DNA of 64,000 nt from an uncultured Candidatus Saccharibacteria bacterium (GCA_964411375.1 CAYPKR010000001.1:168227-232226), one strand, 5' to 3'. Shown: positions 1 through 9,807, counted from the first letter of the stretch. Made by a program: numbers and translations. Notes: generated by a model not told the origin, from the sequence alone.

Positions 1-2
1 TT

Positions 3-890
3 GCAAAAGATTTTGAGAGTGAAGAAACAAAAAATATACTTTCCGCGATGCAGGATGGAGATATCGTCCTCTTTGAAAATGTTCGGAAAGATCCGAAGGA
101 AATGGAAAATGATCCTGCATTTGGGGCGATGCTCGCAGGTCTTGGTGATTTGTATGTAAACGATGCATTTGCCGATTCACACCGAAAACATGCATCCATT
201 GTCGGTATCCCCTCCCACATTCCTGGTTTCCTCGGTCTTCTCTTTGCGAGCGAAGTTGAACATCTTTCAAAAGCACTTGCGCCTGAACATCCATCGCTTT
301 TTATTCTCGGCGGTGCAAAATTTGAAACCAAGCGACCACTGATTGAAAAATGTCTCGCGCTTTACGATCACGTGTTTGTGGGCGGCGCAATCGCAAACGA
401 CTTTTTCAAAGCAATGGGATATGAAGTAGGAAGATCCTTAATTTCCGATAACAGTACGGGTGTCTTCGATCTTCTTCGCGGTCACGACAATTTGATGCTT
501 CCCGCTGATGTAACCGTTCAAAATCAAGAAAAAATAAATCGTGTCTCAACTCCTGAAACCGTTGCGCGCGATGAATCAATTCTCGATGCCGGACCAGCAT
601 CAATTGAAGCATTGAAACCACACATCGAGTCGGCAAAATTTATTCTCTGGAATGGCCCACTCGGAAATTACGAAGCAGGATTTAATACGTACACTGAAGA
701 ATTAGCAAAACTCATTGCGGATTCAAGCGCAGTTTCGATTGTTGGAGGAGGCGACACGGTCGCAGCAATTGCAAAACTTAATCTCGACGATAAATTTACA
801 TTTCTTTCAACAGGAGGTGGCGCTATGCTCGATTTCCTTGCAGAAGGAACAATTGCAGGAATTGAAGCCATTCTTACTGGGGCGAAGTAA
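3..890 (+). CDS. pgk: Phosphoglycerate kinase (5' end outside the window)
   Basis: Motifs LFENVR, YVNDAF..SHRKHAS, ILGGAK, WNGPLG, VGGGDT, STGGGA; frame is open from the window edge. Confidence 0.97.
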   Translation, partial: AKDFESEETKNILSAMQDGDIVLFENVRKDPKEMENDPAFGAMLAGLGDLYVNDAFADSHRKHASIVGIPSHIPGFLGLLFASEVEHLSKALAPEHPSLFILGGAKFETKRPLIEKCLALYDHVFVGGAIANDFFKAMGYEVGRSLISDNSTGVFDLLRGHDNLMLPADVTVQNQEKINRVSTPETVARDESILDAGPASIEALKPHIESAKFILWNGPLGNYEAGFNTYTEELAKLIADSSAVSIVGGGDTVAAIAKLNLDDKFTFLSTGGGAMLDFLAEGTIAGIEAILTGAK

Positions 891-1299
891 GTGATTGTCG
901 GATTTTTTCCGCAACCACTCTCATTTGACCGTCTGGATATGGCGCGCCGTGCCATACTTCACGGCCATCGCCCTTGAATCGGGGAATGATGTGTACATGG
1001 ACATGCGGAACAACTTGTCCGGCGGCACTGCCATTATTCATCATGATATTGATTCCGTCCGCACTCAAAGCGGCTTTTATTTTTGGTGCGAGCATACGAA
1101 CTGTCTCCATCACTGCACTCCAGCTTTCTTTTGGGGCTTCAAAAATAGTTTCGTATTGCAGTTTAGGAACCACAAGCACGTGTCCCGAATTGACCGGTGT
1201 TATATCAAGAAACGCAAACGTGTCTTGATCTTCATAAATTTTTTCGGACGGAATTTCGCCGCGGATAATTTTGGTGAAAATAGATGATTCAATTTCCAT
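874..1299 (-). CDS. HIT family protein
   Basis: SIFTKII..EIP start, AFLDI.P..GHVLVVPK, histidine triad HVHVH. Confidence 0.95.
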   Translation of the reverse strand: MEIESSIFTKIIRGEIPSEKIYEDQDTFAFLDITPVNSGHVLVVPKLQYETIFEAPKESWSAVMETVRMLAPKIKAALSADGINIMMNNGSAAGQVVPHVHVHIIPRFKGDGREVWHGAPYPDGQMRVVAEKIRQSLTSPQ

Positions 1300-1349
1300 A
1301 AAAACAGTATGCCATAAAATGGCATGCCCACGCGCGAAGAGCGCGTGGG

Positions 1350-1565
1350 CTAATCTTTTACAATAGTGAGATCTTTTCGGCGGATCTGTTCAATTATAGT
1401 TCGTACCCGAGGAATTAATTCGTTGGGTACTTGCACTCTGATTTCGTCGAGAAACACAATTTGTTCGAGTTCGGGAACCTTTCCCAGCCTATCCTGGATG
1501 CGCAACTTGAGTTTAATTATCTCGGCTTTATTTAGCGTAAAGAACACGCATGCTTGTTCGCTCAT
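1350..1565 (-). CDS. Small hypothetical protein (71 aa)
   Basis: AGGAGGAGG SD just before ATG 1565; hairpin at ~1328-1350 after the stop. Confidence 0.6.
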   Translation of the reverse strand: MSEQACVFFTLNKAEIIKLKLRIQDRLGKVPELEQIVFLDEIRVQVPNELIPRVRTIIEQIRRKDLTIVKD

Positions 1566-1652
1566 CGCTTCCTCCTCCTGAGCTTCCGAAGAAGGGTAAC
1601 ATAGCGGTAAAAAATGGAAAGTCGGCGGCTCAAAGAGCACGCCGACCCATAG

Positions 1653-1736
1653 TCAGGAATTTCGAGCCAGGAGGTATCTGAGTCTTTCCAGGAACTGTAT
1701 TTGTTCCTTGGCAATCTTCTCTTCTCGATGTGTCAT
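1653..1736 (-). CDS. Micro-ORF, 27 aa (MTHREEKIAKEQIQFLERLRYLLARNS)
   Basis: Not in the ORF track. TATAAT and AGGAG upstream; GC hairpin plus T-run downstream (1612-1646); amphipathic helix pattern. Confidence 0.5.
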   Translation of the reverse strand: MTHREEKIAKEQIQFLERLRYLLARNS

Positions 1737-1816
1737 CACGCTCTCCTAAAGCTACCCGAGATTATAACTATTCGCCTTCATTCGCAAGTTTCAGACCAAA
1801 CCGCTACAATAACCCG

Positions 1817-3487
1817 ATGTCCGCCCCTGCATTTTCCGAATACGACCCACTACTTCAAACACTCCTTACGAACAGGGGAATCAAAACCGCAGAAGATGCA
1901 GAAAATTTCTTACATCCCGACTACGAACGCCATACACACGATCCATATCTTCTCGCTGATATGGAAAAGGCGGTCGATCGCATCAAGTTTGCAGTCGCAA
2001 ACGATGAACATATAGTCATTTGGAGCGATTACGATACCGATGGCATTCCAGGCGCGGTCATTCTCCATGATTTCTTCAAAAAAATTGGCTATACCAATTT
2101 TGAAAACTATATTCCGCATCGCACCCTCGAAGGATTTGGGTTAAATATCGAAGGAATAAACGACATTGGATCACGTGACACCAAACTCATGATCACCATC
2201 GATTGTGGCATTACTGATTCTGTACAGGTTGCTCGTGCAAATGAACTTGGTATCGATGTCATCATTACCGATCATCATTTGCCAAATGGCGAAATGCCAA
2301 ACGCATTTGCAATTTTGAATCCAAAACGCTCCGACTGTGCGTATCCAGAAAAAATGCTCTGTGGATCAGGCGTGATCTACAAACTTGTCCAGGCACTCGC
2401 AAAAAATCCAGAATGGAAACTCGTCGATGGATATGAAAAATGGCTCCTCGACATGGCGGGAATTGCGACACTCTCGGACATGGTGCCGCTTCGGGGAGAG
2501 AATCGGGTCTTCGCGCGCTACGGACTCACGGTACTTCGAAAGTCGCGACGCGTTGGACTTCAAAAGTTACTTCGCAAATTAAAAATCGATCAGCGCACCA
2601 TTACTGAAGACGATATCGGTTTTATGATTGCGCCTCGCATCAACGCGGCATCTCGTATGGGCGTTCCGCACGACGCATTTCGATTACTTGCGACTGATGA
2701 CGCCGCTGAAGCCGATACGCTTGCAAAACACCTTGATTCGATCAATAACGAACGCAAGGGACATGTTGCTGCGATGGTTAAAGAAGCAAAACATCGAATT
2801 GATTCGCTCGAAGAATTGAAGCCAGTCATTGTACTCGGCTCGATTGATTGGAAGCCGTCGCTACTTGGGCTTGTTGCAAATACGCTCGTTGAAAGTTACG
2901 GACGCCCTGCATTTGTGTGGGGGAGAGCAGAAGGAAGTGTGATCAAGGGCTCATGTCGATCCGACGGATCAGTCAACTTAGTCACCATGATGGAACACAT
3001 ACGGGATACGTTTATCGATCTCGGCGGCCATGCATTTTCTGGCGGTTTTTCAATAACTAGCGAAAAATTACACCATCTCGAAGAGGGGCTCGTTGCCGCG
3101 TACAGAGTTGCTAAAGATCAAGAAGGAACCATTCCCACGAACACTCCTGATGCTGAAATTGAGCTTGCGGACGTGAGTGACAAAACATACCGAATGCTCG
3201 ATCAGCTCGCACCGTTTGGGGAGGGAAATCCAAAGCCGCTTTTTGCGTTCCGTGGGGTGCGGCTTGCTGCGGTTAAGCAATTTGGTAAAGAGCAAAATCA
3301 TCTCGAACTTCAACTGACCGATGAATGGGGAAATAGTCGGAAAAAGGCTGTCGCCTTTTTCCGACAGAGCGATTCCTATGCAAAGCCCCTCCTTGAGGGG
3401 ACGACTGCTGACATTCTCGCTACCATCGAGCGTTCCACTTTTGGAGGGAAGACCGAAATCCGCCTCCGTCTCGTTGACGTTCTGTGA
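1817..3487 (+). CDS. recJ: ssDNA-specific exonuclease RecJ
   Basis: DYDTDG, ITIDCG, ITDHH, APRINAASR, GGH and PFGEGNPKP motifs; start placed at the ATG 6 nt after TACAAT. Confidence 0.96.
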   Translation: MSAPAFSEYDPLLQTLLTNRGIKTAEDAENFLHPDYERHTHDPYLLADMEKAVDRIKFAVANDEHIVIWSDYDTDGIPGAVILHDFFKKIGYTNFENYIPHRTLEGFGLNIEGINDIGSRDTKLMITIDCGITDSVQVARANELGIDVIITDHHLPNGEMPNAFAILNPKRSDCAYPEKMLCGSGVIYKLVQALAKNPEWKLVDGYEKWLLDMAGIATLSDMVPLRGENRVFARYGLTVLRKSRRVGLQKLLRKLKIDQRTITEDDIGFMIAPRINAASRMGVPHDAFRLLATDDAAEADTLAKHLDSINNERKGHVAAMVKEAKHRIDSLEELKPVIVLGSIDWKPSLLGLVANTLVESYGRPAFVWGRAEGSVIKGSCRSDGSVNLVTMMEHIRDTFIDLGGHAFSGGFSITSEKLHHLEEGLVAAYRVAKDQEGTIPTNTPDAEIELADVSDKTYRMLDQLAPFGEGNPKPLFAFRGVRLAAVKQFGKEQNHLELQLTDEWGNSRKKAVAFFRQSDSYAKPLLEGTTADILATIERSTFGGKTEIRLRLVDVL

Positions 3488-3586
3488 AATAAATAATGAA
3501 GTCTTCTGTAAGAATGGATAGAGTAGCCCGTCACGGCTACTAGCACAAGCAAGTGCTCCCATTCACACCCTCAAACGGAGGCTCCA

Positions 3587-3976
3587 ATGCGAGAATTGCT
3601 CGGTAATGTTCTTTCCTTCCTCCGCAAAGCAGTTAGTTTTTTGAGGAGTTTGACCCCGGAAGATCCCACGGACTTTGTTATCAAGATTACATCTGATAGC
3701 GCGCCAGTAGTGTCTTTCGACGCCAAACCAATGCCAAACCTTTCGGAGCGGCTTGCACGACCCAATAGACTGCACCGGGCTATTTCACTCTGCACATTAG
3801 GCGGTGAGAGAATTCTCTTCTTGCCGAAACATACGATAGGATACCTGTTACTCGGGTTCCCAATCAATGCACACGTGTACGATCCGAAAATCGGACGGAA
3901 ATATCGGTACCCAGTTATTGCCCATATTCCTGACCCGAATTTAGGTGCAACTTCTGCAATGCTCCTCGCCGCATAG
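3587..3976 (+). CDS. Hypothetical protein
   Basis: 129-aa ORF with GGAGG SD and a downstream hairpin (~3985-4020). Confidence 0.55.
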   Translation: MRELLGNVLSFLRKAVSFLRSLTPEDPTDFVIKITSDSAPVVSFDAKPMPNLSERLARPNRLHRAISLCTLGGERILFLPKHTIGYLLLGFPINAHVYDPKIGRKYRYPVIAHIPDPNLGATSAMLLAA

Positions 3977-4038
3977 GCGAACCCAGTCGCGCGCGTTGTC
4001 TTCGGACGACCCGCGCGGCTTTTGCTATACTCGATCTT

Positions 4039-4464
4039 ATGAATGAATCAATTATGGTGTTTACCGACGGAGGAGCAAGAGGAAATCCGGGTCCGTCCGG
4101 CATCGGCATCTCAATCGTTGATCAAACAGGGAAGCCAATCAAAGAATTTTCAAAATATATCGGCGAGCAGACCAACAACTTTGCCGAATACGAAGCAGTC
4201 GCGCTTGCACTTGAGGCGATCAAGAAAATGTATGGAACGAAAACAAAATCCATTCACGTTCATATAAAACTCGACAGCGAACTCATCAAAAAACAAATCA
4301 CCAATGAGTATCAGATAAAAGAAGAAACGCTCTTCCCGCAATACATCAAAGTCCACAATCTGCTCGTCTCATCATTTCCAAATATTACATTCACCCACAT
4401 CCCGCGCGCCGAAAATAAACGCGCCGACGAACTCGCCAACGAAGCGATGGATAGGAAGGGGTAA
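4039..4464 (+). CDS. rnhA: Ribonuclease HI (archaeal/CPR-like type)
   Basis: FTDGGARGNPGP, TNNFAEY, DSEL, HIPRAENKRADELAN. Confidence 0.95.
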   Translation: MNESIMVFTDGGARGNPGPSGIGISIVDQTGKPIKEFSKYIGEQTNNFAEYEAVALALEAIKKMYGTKTKSIHVHIKLDSELIKKQITNEYQIKEETLFPQYIKVHNLLVSSFPNITFTHIPRAENKRADELANEAMDRKG

Positions 4465-4504
4465 TTCTTCGTTTCGCAATTAGCGACAGCGGTATACTTC
4501 TCGC

Positions 4505-5980
4505 ATGAGGCACTCTTGGGTGTATCTCCTTTTTCTTGGATTCGGACTCGGCATTTTTGTCGCATCAATCGAGCATGTTGGACTATGGCTTGCCATTTTC
4601 CTACTCACATTCGCGTTTGTACTTCTTATCTTCGGGACTCTCACCAATCGGAAGCGGGTACTCGCACTTTCAATCACATTCTTCGCATTTGTGTTTGGTA
4701 TTCTCCGAATCAATCTCTTTGAATCGAATCTACCGATCGACTCCGTCACCCCACTTTTTGGCGAAACGGTTTCAGTTGACGGCATTGTCATCCACGACCC
4801 TGATGAACGCGAAGCAACTACTAAGCTCACAATTGCGGTTTCAAAAATCAACGGGCAGTCCGCTTCATTTCGCCTACTTGCGACTGTTCCACGGTATCCA
4901 GAATTCAAATACGGCGATCGCCTGCATCTCGAAGGGAAACTTGATGAACCAAAATCTTTTTCAGAGGATGGCGTTCACATTTTTAATTATCCGAAATGGC
5001 TCGCAAAAGACGGCGTTGTCGCGCTTGCGAGTCATCCAAAAATTTCACCGATCGAATCGGGGCAGGGGAATACGGTTCTTCAGAATTTATATCGTCTTAA
5101 AGATTCCTTTCTTGAAAAAATTCATCGACTGATTGCCGAACCAGAGAGCGGACTGCTTGCGGGACTGTTGGTCGGATCAAAACAAGCGCTCGGAGCGGAC
5201 CTTCAAGAAATATTTCGTCGTGCTGGAGTTGTACATGTTGTGGTTCTCTCCGGCTATAACATCACGATTGTTGGAGCGGCGTTCATGCGCATCTTTGCTT
5301 TTTTGCCGAAGCTCCTTGGTACTTCTCTCGGTGCTGCCGGCATGGTCCTCTTCGTGCTCATGGTTGGCGCTTCGGCAACCGCGGTTCGTGCAACCGTGAT
5401 GGCGCTTCTCGTTTTGCTCGCACAGGTGACGGGAAGAAGTTCCAACGCGCTCCGCATTCTCTTAATCGCCGCATTTTTCATGGTGCTTCAAAATCCGTAC
5501 ATTCTTGCGTTTGACCCATCATTCGAGCTTTCATTCCTCGCAACACTCGGGCTCATTCTCTATTCGCCATACTTCGAACGGAAACTAGTATTTGTTCCAG
5601 AAAAATTCGGACTTCGATCAATTGCCGCTTCAACGATCTCGACTCAAATAATGGTTTTGCCACTCTTGTTCTGGATGAACGGATTATTTTCGATCGTTGC
5701 GCTTCCGGTAAATCTCCTCATTCTCGGATTCATTCCGTTTGCGATGCTCATCGGATTCATAGCCGGAATGCTTGGATTTATTTCCTGGTGGATTGCATTT
5801 CCATTTGCATTCATTACCGAAATTATTTTGCGCTACGAGCTATGGATCATTACTTTTTTTGCTAATCTTCCATTTGCGGCGATCTCTATTCCTGCATTCC
5901 CATTTTGGATCGCGGTGATTTGGTACGGAGCATATGCATTTCTATTTTGGAAACGAAAACATAAAGAAGCCCGCGCATAG
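4505..5980 (+). CDS. comEC: ComEC/Rec2 competence channel (DUF4131 + Competence domain, no MBL domain)
   Basis: GVVHVVVLSGYNI, SATAVRA, DPSFELSFLAT, many TM helices. Confidence 0.93.
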   Translation: MRHSWVYLLFLGFGLGIFVASIEHVGLWLAIFLLTFAFVLLIFGTLTNRKRVLALSITFFAFVFGILRINLFESNLPIDSVTPLFGETVSVDGIVIHDPDEREATTKLTIAVSKINGQSASFRLLATVPRYPEFKYGDRLHLEGKLDEPKSFSEDGVHIFNYPKWLAKDGVVALASHPKISPIESGQGNTVLQNLYRLKDSFLEKIHRLIAEPESGLLAGLLVGSKQALGADLQEIFRRAGVVHVVVLSGYNITIVGAAFMRIFAFLPKLLGTSLGAAGMVLFVLMVGASATAVRATVMALLVLLAQVTGRSSNALRILLIAAFFMVLQNPYILAFDPSFELSFLATLGLILYSPYFERKLVFVPEKFGLRSIAASTISTQIMVLPLLFWMNGLFSIVALPVNLLILGFIPFAMLIGFIAGMLGFISWWIAFPFAFITEIILRYELWIITFFANLPFAAISIPAFPFWIAVIWYGAYAFLFWKRKHKEARA

Positions 5981-5995
5981 CGCGGGCTTCTTTAT
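5961..5995. terminator. Bidirectional terminator between comEC and sod
   Basis: 16-bp perfect inverted repeat ATAAAGAAGCCCGCGC/GCGCGGGCTTCTTTAT between convergent genes. Confidence 0.8.
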
Positions 5996-6002
5996 TCGTT
6001 AG

Positions 6003-6590
6003 TTATGCGACTTTTTCAAATCGCTTAGAGATTGTTTCCCAGTTGAGTGCCGCAAGATACGCATCAACATATTTCATTTTGTCGCCCGGCACATAATCAA
6101 CCATGTATGCGTGCTCCCATAAGTCGAGCGCCACAACCACGGGAAGTGTCGCCATTTGTCCTTCGTCGTGGTTGGTTACCCAGTTGAAATGAAAGCGCTT
6201 TCCGACCGGATCATAGTTTAAAATCGCCCAGCCAGATCCTCGTGAAATTACTTTCTTAAAGAGCGAAGCAAAATTTTCAGGACTCTGAAATTCTTTCATC
6301 ATTGCGTCCCTCAATACTCCTTCGGGAAGTGGTTTCGCACCACCTTCAAGATCGCCAAAATAATATTCGTGAAGTCGCATGCCGTTAAACTCAAATCCGA
6401 GTCGGCGACGAAGTTCCTGCGTGATGTGTGCATTTTTTTCGGCATCTACACCAAGCTCTGCGCATTCAGCATAAATCAAATTTACGTGCTTTACGTAGCC
6501 CTGGTACAGCTTCAAATGTTCCTCAATTTGTTTTGAAGAAATTCCTGGAATTTCAGGAATTGAAAATGTTTTTGCAGTGTAGGTATCCAT
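6003..6590 (-). CDS. sod: Fe/Mn superoxide dismutase
   Basis: HLKLYQGYV, LHEYYF, GSGWA, DLWEHAY ligand motifs. Confidence 0.93.
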   Translation of the reverse strand: MDTYTAKTFSIPEIPGISSKQIEEHLKLYQGYVKHVNLIYAECAELGVDAEKNAHITQELRRRLGFEFNGMRLHEYYFGDLEGGAKPLPEGVLRDAMMKEFQSPENFASLFKKVISRGSGWAILNYDPVGKRFHFNWVTNHDEGQMATLPVVVALDLWEHAYMVDYVPGDKMKYVDAYLAALNWETISKRFEKVA

Positions 6591-6861
6591 ATTGTTCAAA
6601 TTACTTATCCAAGTATTTATTATTTGGCAATTATACCATCTTGAAAATAAAGCAAGGATGAAAAGAAAACTGCCGGGTCCGAAGACCCGGCAAATCGAGG
6701 GAGGCATCATAAGAGTGTCGTCCAACACCCTCAGTCGAGGTAGCGGTCGCTGAGACCGGCATCAACAAGCAACCGCTTCTTCTCTTGTAACAAGCGAGTC
6801 ATGTCGTGTCAATATCCACACCTTCGGCAAGAAAGAGTAAAGCCCGTGCTAGCATCAAGTT

Positions 6862-7056
6862 ATGAAGACGTTTTTGTTTTTCGGAACAATCATACTCATT
6901 ATTGCCGGTGCATTTTGGTACCTTAATCGCACGCCATGTACGGGAGATTGTGCGACCGATCATGAAAAATATTGTTTGAGCCTCCGAACGCACAACGGCG
7001 ATTATGAATACTCTTATGGTGAGCGGGTTCAAATGATGCTCAAAGGTTGCTTATAG
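6862..7056 (+). CDS. Small membrane-anchored Cys-rich hypothetical protein
   Basis: N-terminal TM segment, 4 Cys; TAGCAT -10-like box 6 nt before ATG. Confidence 0.55.
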   Translation: MKTFLFFGTIILIIAGAFWYLNRTPCTGDCATDHEKYCLSLRTHNGDYEYSYGERVQMMLKGCL

Positions 7057-7174
7057 AAAAACACTTCTCTAAATTCCATCTGCTTTGTTGCGGGCTCCAG
7101 TCCTCGTTCATCGTATTATTCATACGACTCACTTCGGGCTTCGCCCGCGCCGCGCACCTGAAGTATTTTTACTA
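7054..7174. repeat. Palindromic MITE/RPE-like element, copy 1
   Basis: Core CCATCTGCTTTGTTGC..CTCCAGTCCTC..TCGTAT..ATACG..CTTCG..GCGCC.CGCA.CTGAA shared with 31792-31914; imperfect terminal IR starting at the TAG of the upstream ORF. Confidence 0.8.
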
Positions 7175-7185
7175 CATTCTCCCGT

Positions 7186-8043
7186 ATGAAGCGCGAAATA
7201 ATATTTAGGTTAATTGTTCTTGGAATCTTTCTCGGGATTACTATTCTCATTTGGTACCTCACCACTCTTGGAAGTGGTCGCGGATTTTTAACCGTCGCAT
7301 TTCTTGATGTTGGGCAAGGAGATTCCATATACATCGAAGCGCCGAATGGCAATCAATTGCTCGTTGATGGCAGCGCAGATACCAAAGTACTACAGCGCTT
7401 AGGAAACATTCTGCCGCTCGGTGATCATTCAATTGATGTTGTCGTGGGCACGCATCCAGATGCTGACCATATTGGAGGACTTCCAGATGTGTTGAAGCGT
7501 TTTGAAATCACATACGTGATGGAGCCTGGCATGCCAAATGATACTGGAGCGTGGAGGGCTTTTCTCGCTGAAGCAAATAAAAAAGGAGTAAATCATATTG
7601 TTGCGCGGCGCGGAATGGTTGTTGATCTCGGGTCAGGTACCAGATTTTCAATCTTATATCCCGATACAAAAATTGTCGGGGGAGATACCAATCTCTCATC
7701 AATCGTTGGCAGACTTTCGTACGGCACCGTGAGCGTTATGCTTACCGGCGATGCGCCACAAAGTGTCGAAGTACATCTAATCAAATTAGATGGAGAGAAT
7801 TTACAAAGCACTATTTTGAAAGCGGGACATCATGGATCAAAAACATCAAGCGCGCCACAATTTTTGGATGTAGTGCATCCAATGTATGCAATTATTTCCG
7901 CCGGCAAAGACAATCGATACGGACATCCGCACAAACAGACAATTGATGCGTTAAACGCAAGGAATATTCAAATATTAAGTACGATCGATCGGGGGACGAT
8001 CGTTTTTCATTCGGATGGAGACACAATGACTCTAGTCAAATAA
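7186..8043 (+). CDS. ComEC-related MBL-fold metallohydrolase
   Basis: FLDVGQGDS, THPDADHIGG, LTGDA, KAGHHGSKTSS, NRYGHPH. Confidence 0.93.
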   Translation: MKREIIFRLIVLGIFLGITILIWYLTTLGSGRGFLTVAFLDVGQGDSIYIEAPNGNQLLVDGSADTKVLQRLGNILPLGDHSIDVVVGTHPDADHIGGLPDVLKRFEITYVMEPGMPNDTGAWRAFLAEANKKGVNHIVARRGMVVDLGSGTRFSILYPDTKIVGGDTNLSSIVGRLSYGTVSVMLTGDAPQSVEVHLIKLDGENLQSTILKAGHHGSKTSSAPQFLDVVHPMYAIISAGKDNRYGHPHKQTIDALNARNIQILSTIDRGTIVFHSDGDTMTLVK

Positions 8044-8089
8044 AATATTCTGGGGTATGTAAAAGCTCGAAACAGCAGGAGTTCCTTAG

Positions 8090-8488
8090 ATGCTCGACAG
8101 TGATGCATTGAAAGGCCGTGTTCGCACCTACCAAGAATTCAGTGTTCCCCCAGGGGTCACCCTCGGTAATGCGCGAGTCACCCAACTAACTCGTGATGTA
8201 GGACACCCCGATCAAATCGATCTCACACTCGTGTTTGACGGAGAGATGCACCGATTAGATGATGGCGGTGTAGAGGTTTTAAAACCGGCGCATAAGGAAG
8301 AGGGGTTTGTAAGTATTCGTGCATACGGCGAAGACGCCGGTCGCCTCTCTGTCTTCGCTGATTCTCGTTTACGGCAAGATGGATACGAAAATATTGGTCA
8401 AATCAGAATCGAAGTAGTCGAACGACAATTACTCGAGTACATTCGGGCAATTGGCTGGGATCAACCACCAACACCGACAAGTTCCTAA
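8090..8488 (+). CDS. Hypothetical protein
   Basis: 132-aa ORF with AGGAG SD. Confidence 0.6.
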   Translation: MLDSDALKGRVRTYQEFSVPPGVTLGNARVTQLTRDVGHPDQIDLTLVFDGEMHRLDDGGVEVLKPAHKEEGFVSIRAYGEDAGRLSVFADSRLRQDGYENIGQIRIEVVERQLLEYIRAIGWDQPPTPTSS

Positions 8489-8528
8489 ACGCCAAAGGGC
8501 GGGTCATTGAGACTTTTTAAATGTTGAT

Positions 8529-8771
8529 TTAGATAACCCCTGCGTCTTTGAGTGCGCGGAATGGACCTTTCTTTGCAATCGTGCGAAGTCCTTTGGTTGA
8601 TACAGTGATCGTTACGTATTTCTTGAGTTCAGGGACAAAAATGCGCTTCTTTGCGAGATTTGCCTTGCGCGCAACCATTCCCGTTGGGTTGAATTGGGTA
8701 GCGCGAACACGATTGGAGTAGCGTCCCCCAACCTTGGTGCCTTTATTTGTGATTTCGCAGACTTTTGCCAT
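8529..8771 (-). CDS. rpmB: 50S ribosomal protein bL28
   Basis: MAKVCEITNK...NL..KRIFVPE..VSTKGLRTI.K.G. Confidence 0.93.
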   Translation of the reverse strand: MAKVCEITNKGTKVGGRYSNRVRATQFNPTGMVARKANLAKKRIFVPELKKYVTITVSTKGLRTIAKKGPFRALKDAGVI

Positions 8772-8830
8772 ATCTGTATTTGTGTCGCGTCATGCTACCA
8801 TGGCATCACTAAGCCTGCAATACACTATTT

Positions 8831-9460
8831 ATGGATCCAGTAACCCTCTTTCACTTCCTCATTCTCATTCTTTCGATCGTCATCCATGAGGTGTCTCATG
8901 GCTATGCCGCGCTTGCCCTTGGGGATCAGACCGCAAAATACCAAGGAAGACTCACCCTGAATCCCTTGAAACATATTGATCCCTTAGGTTCAGTCATCCT
9001 TCCAGCATTCCTTATTCTCTCAAATTCATCTTTCCTTTTTGGTTGGGCAAAGCCGGTTCCATACAATCCATATAATCTGAGAAATCAGCGGTGGGGCGAG
9101 GCACTCGTTGCGGCGGCGGGTCCTGGCGTCAATATACTGATTGCGCTCGCGTTCAGTCTCATAGTGCATATAGGAGTCGGTTCGCTTCCAGGGACATTCA
9201 TACTTCTTGCCCAAAACGTCATTTTGATAAACCTCCTTTTGGCAATTTTCAACCTGATTCCGATTCCTCCCTTAGATGGCTCACGTATCCTACGTTCGGT
9301 ACTTCCGTGGCGACTTGCCCAAATGTACGAAAGGCTTGAAGAGCGGCTCTTTATGTTCGGTCCGCTTGCCGGATTCATCATCGTCTTCCTTCTCCTCTCA
9401 TTTATTTGGCCCTTTTTCTACCCACTACTGACATGGTTGTTCACACTTTTGGCAGGGTAG
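8831..9460 (+). CDS. Site-2 protease (M50 family)
   Basis: HEVSHG zinc motif, RLTLNPLKHIDP, FNLIPIPPLDG. Confidence 0.95.
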   Translation: MDPVTLFHFLILILSIVIHEVSHGYAALALGDQTAKYQGRLTLNPLKHIDPLGSVILPAFLILSNSSFLFGWAKPVPYNPYNLRNQRWGEALVAAAGPGVNILIALAFSLIVHIGVGSLPGTFILLAQNVILINLLLAIFNLIPIPPLDGSRILRSVLPWRLAQMYERLEERLFMFGPLAGFIIVFLLLSFIWPFFYPLLTWLFTLLAG

Positions 9461-9532
9461 AGACTTGACAAATATACAATTTACTGTATTATTCCCCATA
9501 GCAACAACGTACGAAACCTTGCGAGGTGAGGA

Positions 9533-9739
9533 ATGGAACGTAACCAGCAACGCTTTTATGCGACGGTTGTGACGGTTATTTTTGGCCTCATCGCCTTCCT
9601 GTTTGGAGAACACCCGTCCCTTCCATGGCGCCAGCAGGCCAGTTTACAGGGGATCACTTTCTACCAACTCAATCAGGTTCCGACGCAAGCCGTCGGACCA
9701 ATCCTCTTCGGCGCTCTAGTTGAACTTTCAAAGTCATGA
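9533..9739 (+). CDS. Small hypothetical membrane protein
   Basis: TTGACA-16-TATTAT promoter, GAGGTGAGG SD, TM segment, downstream hairpin ~9753-9785. Confidence 0.55.
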   Translation: MERNQQRFYATVVTVIFGLIAFLFGEHPSLPWRQQASLQGITFYQLNQVPTQAVGPILFGALVELSKS

Positions 9740-9807
9740 GGAGCCCCCACAAAGAGCCGCCACACCCCAGGGTGTTGGCGGCTCTACTCATTTTCTCCCC
9801 CAATTTC

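Noticed and set aside
1730-1816. Long N-terminal extension of RecJ in the ORF track
   Set aside because: It overlaps the divergent micro-ORF promoter, and a -10 sits right before ATG 1817. Similar over-extensions were trimmed for sod, rplC, rpsS, rpmC, rplX, rpsH, secY, cmk, adk, map and rpmI.
6731-6802. Possible 23-aa minus-strand ORF (MTRLLQEKKRLLVDAGLSDRYLD) before the 6671 hairpin
   Set aside because: The SD is poorly spaced and a competing TTG frame exists; not enough support.
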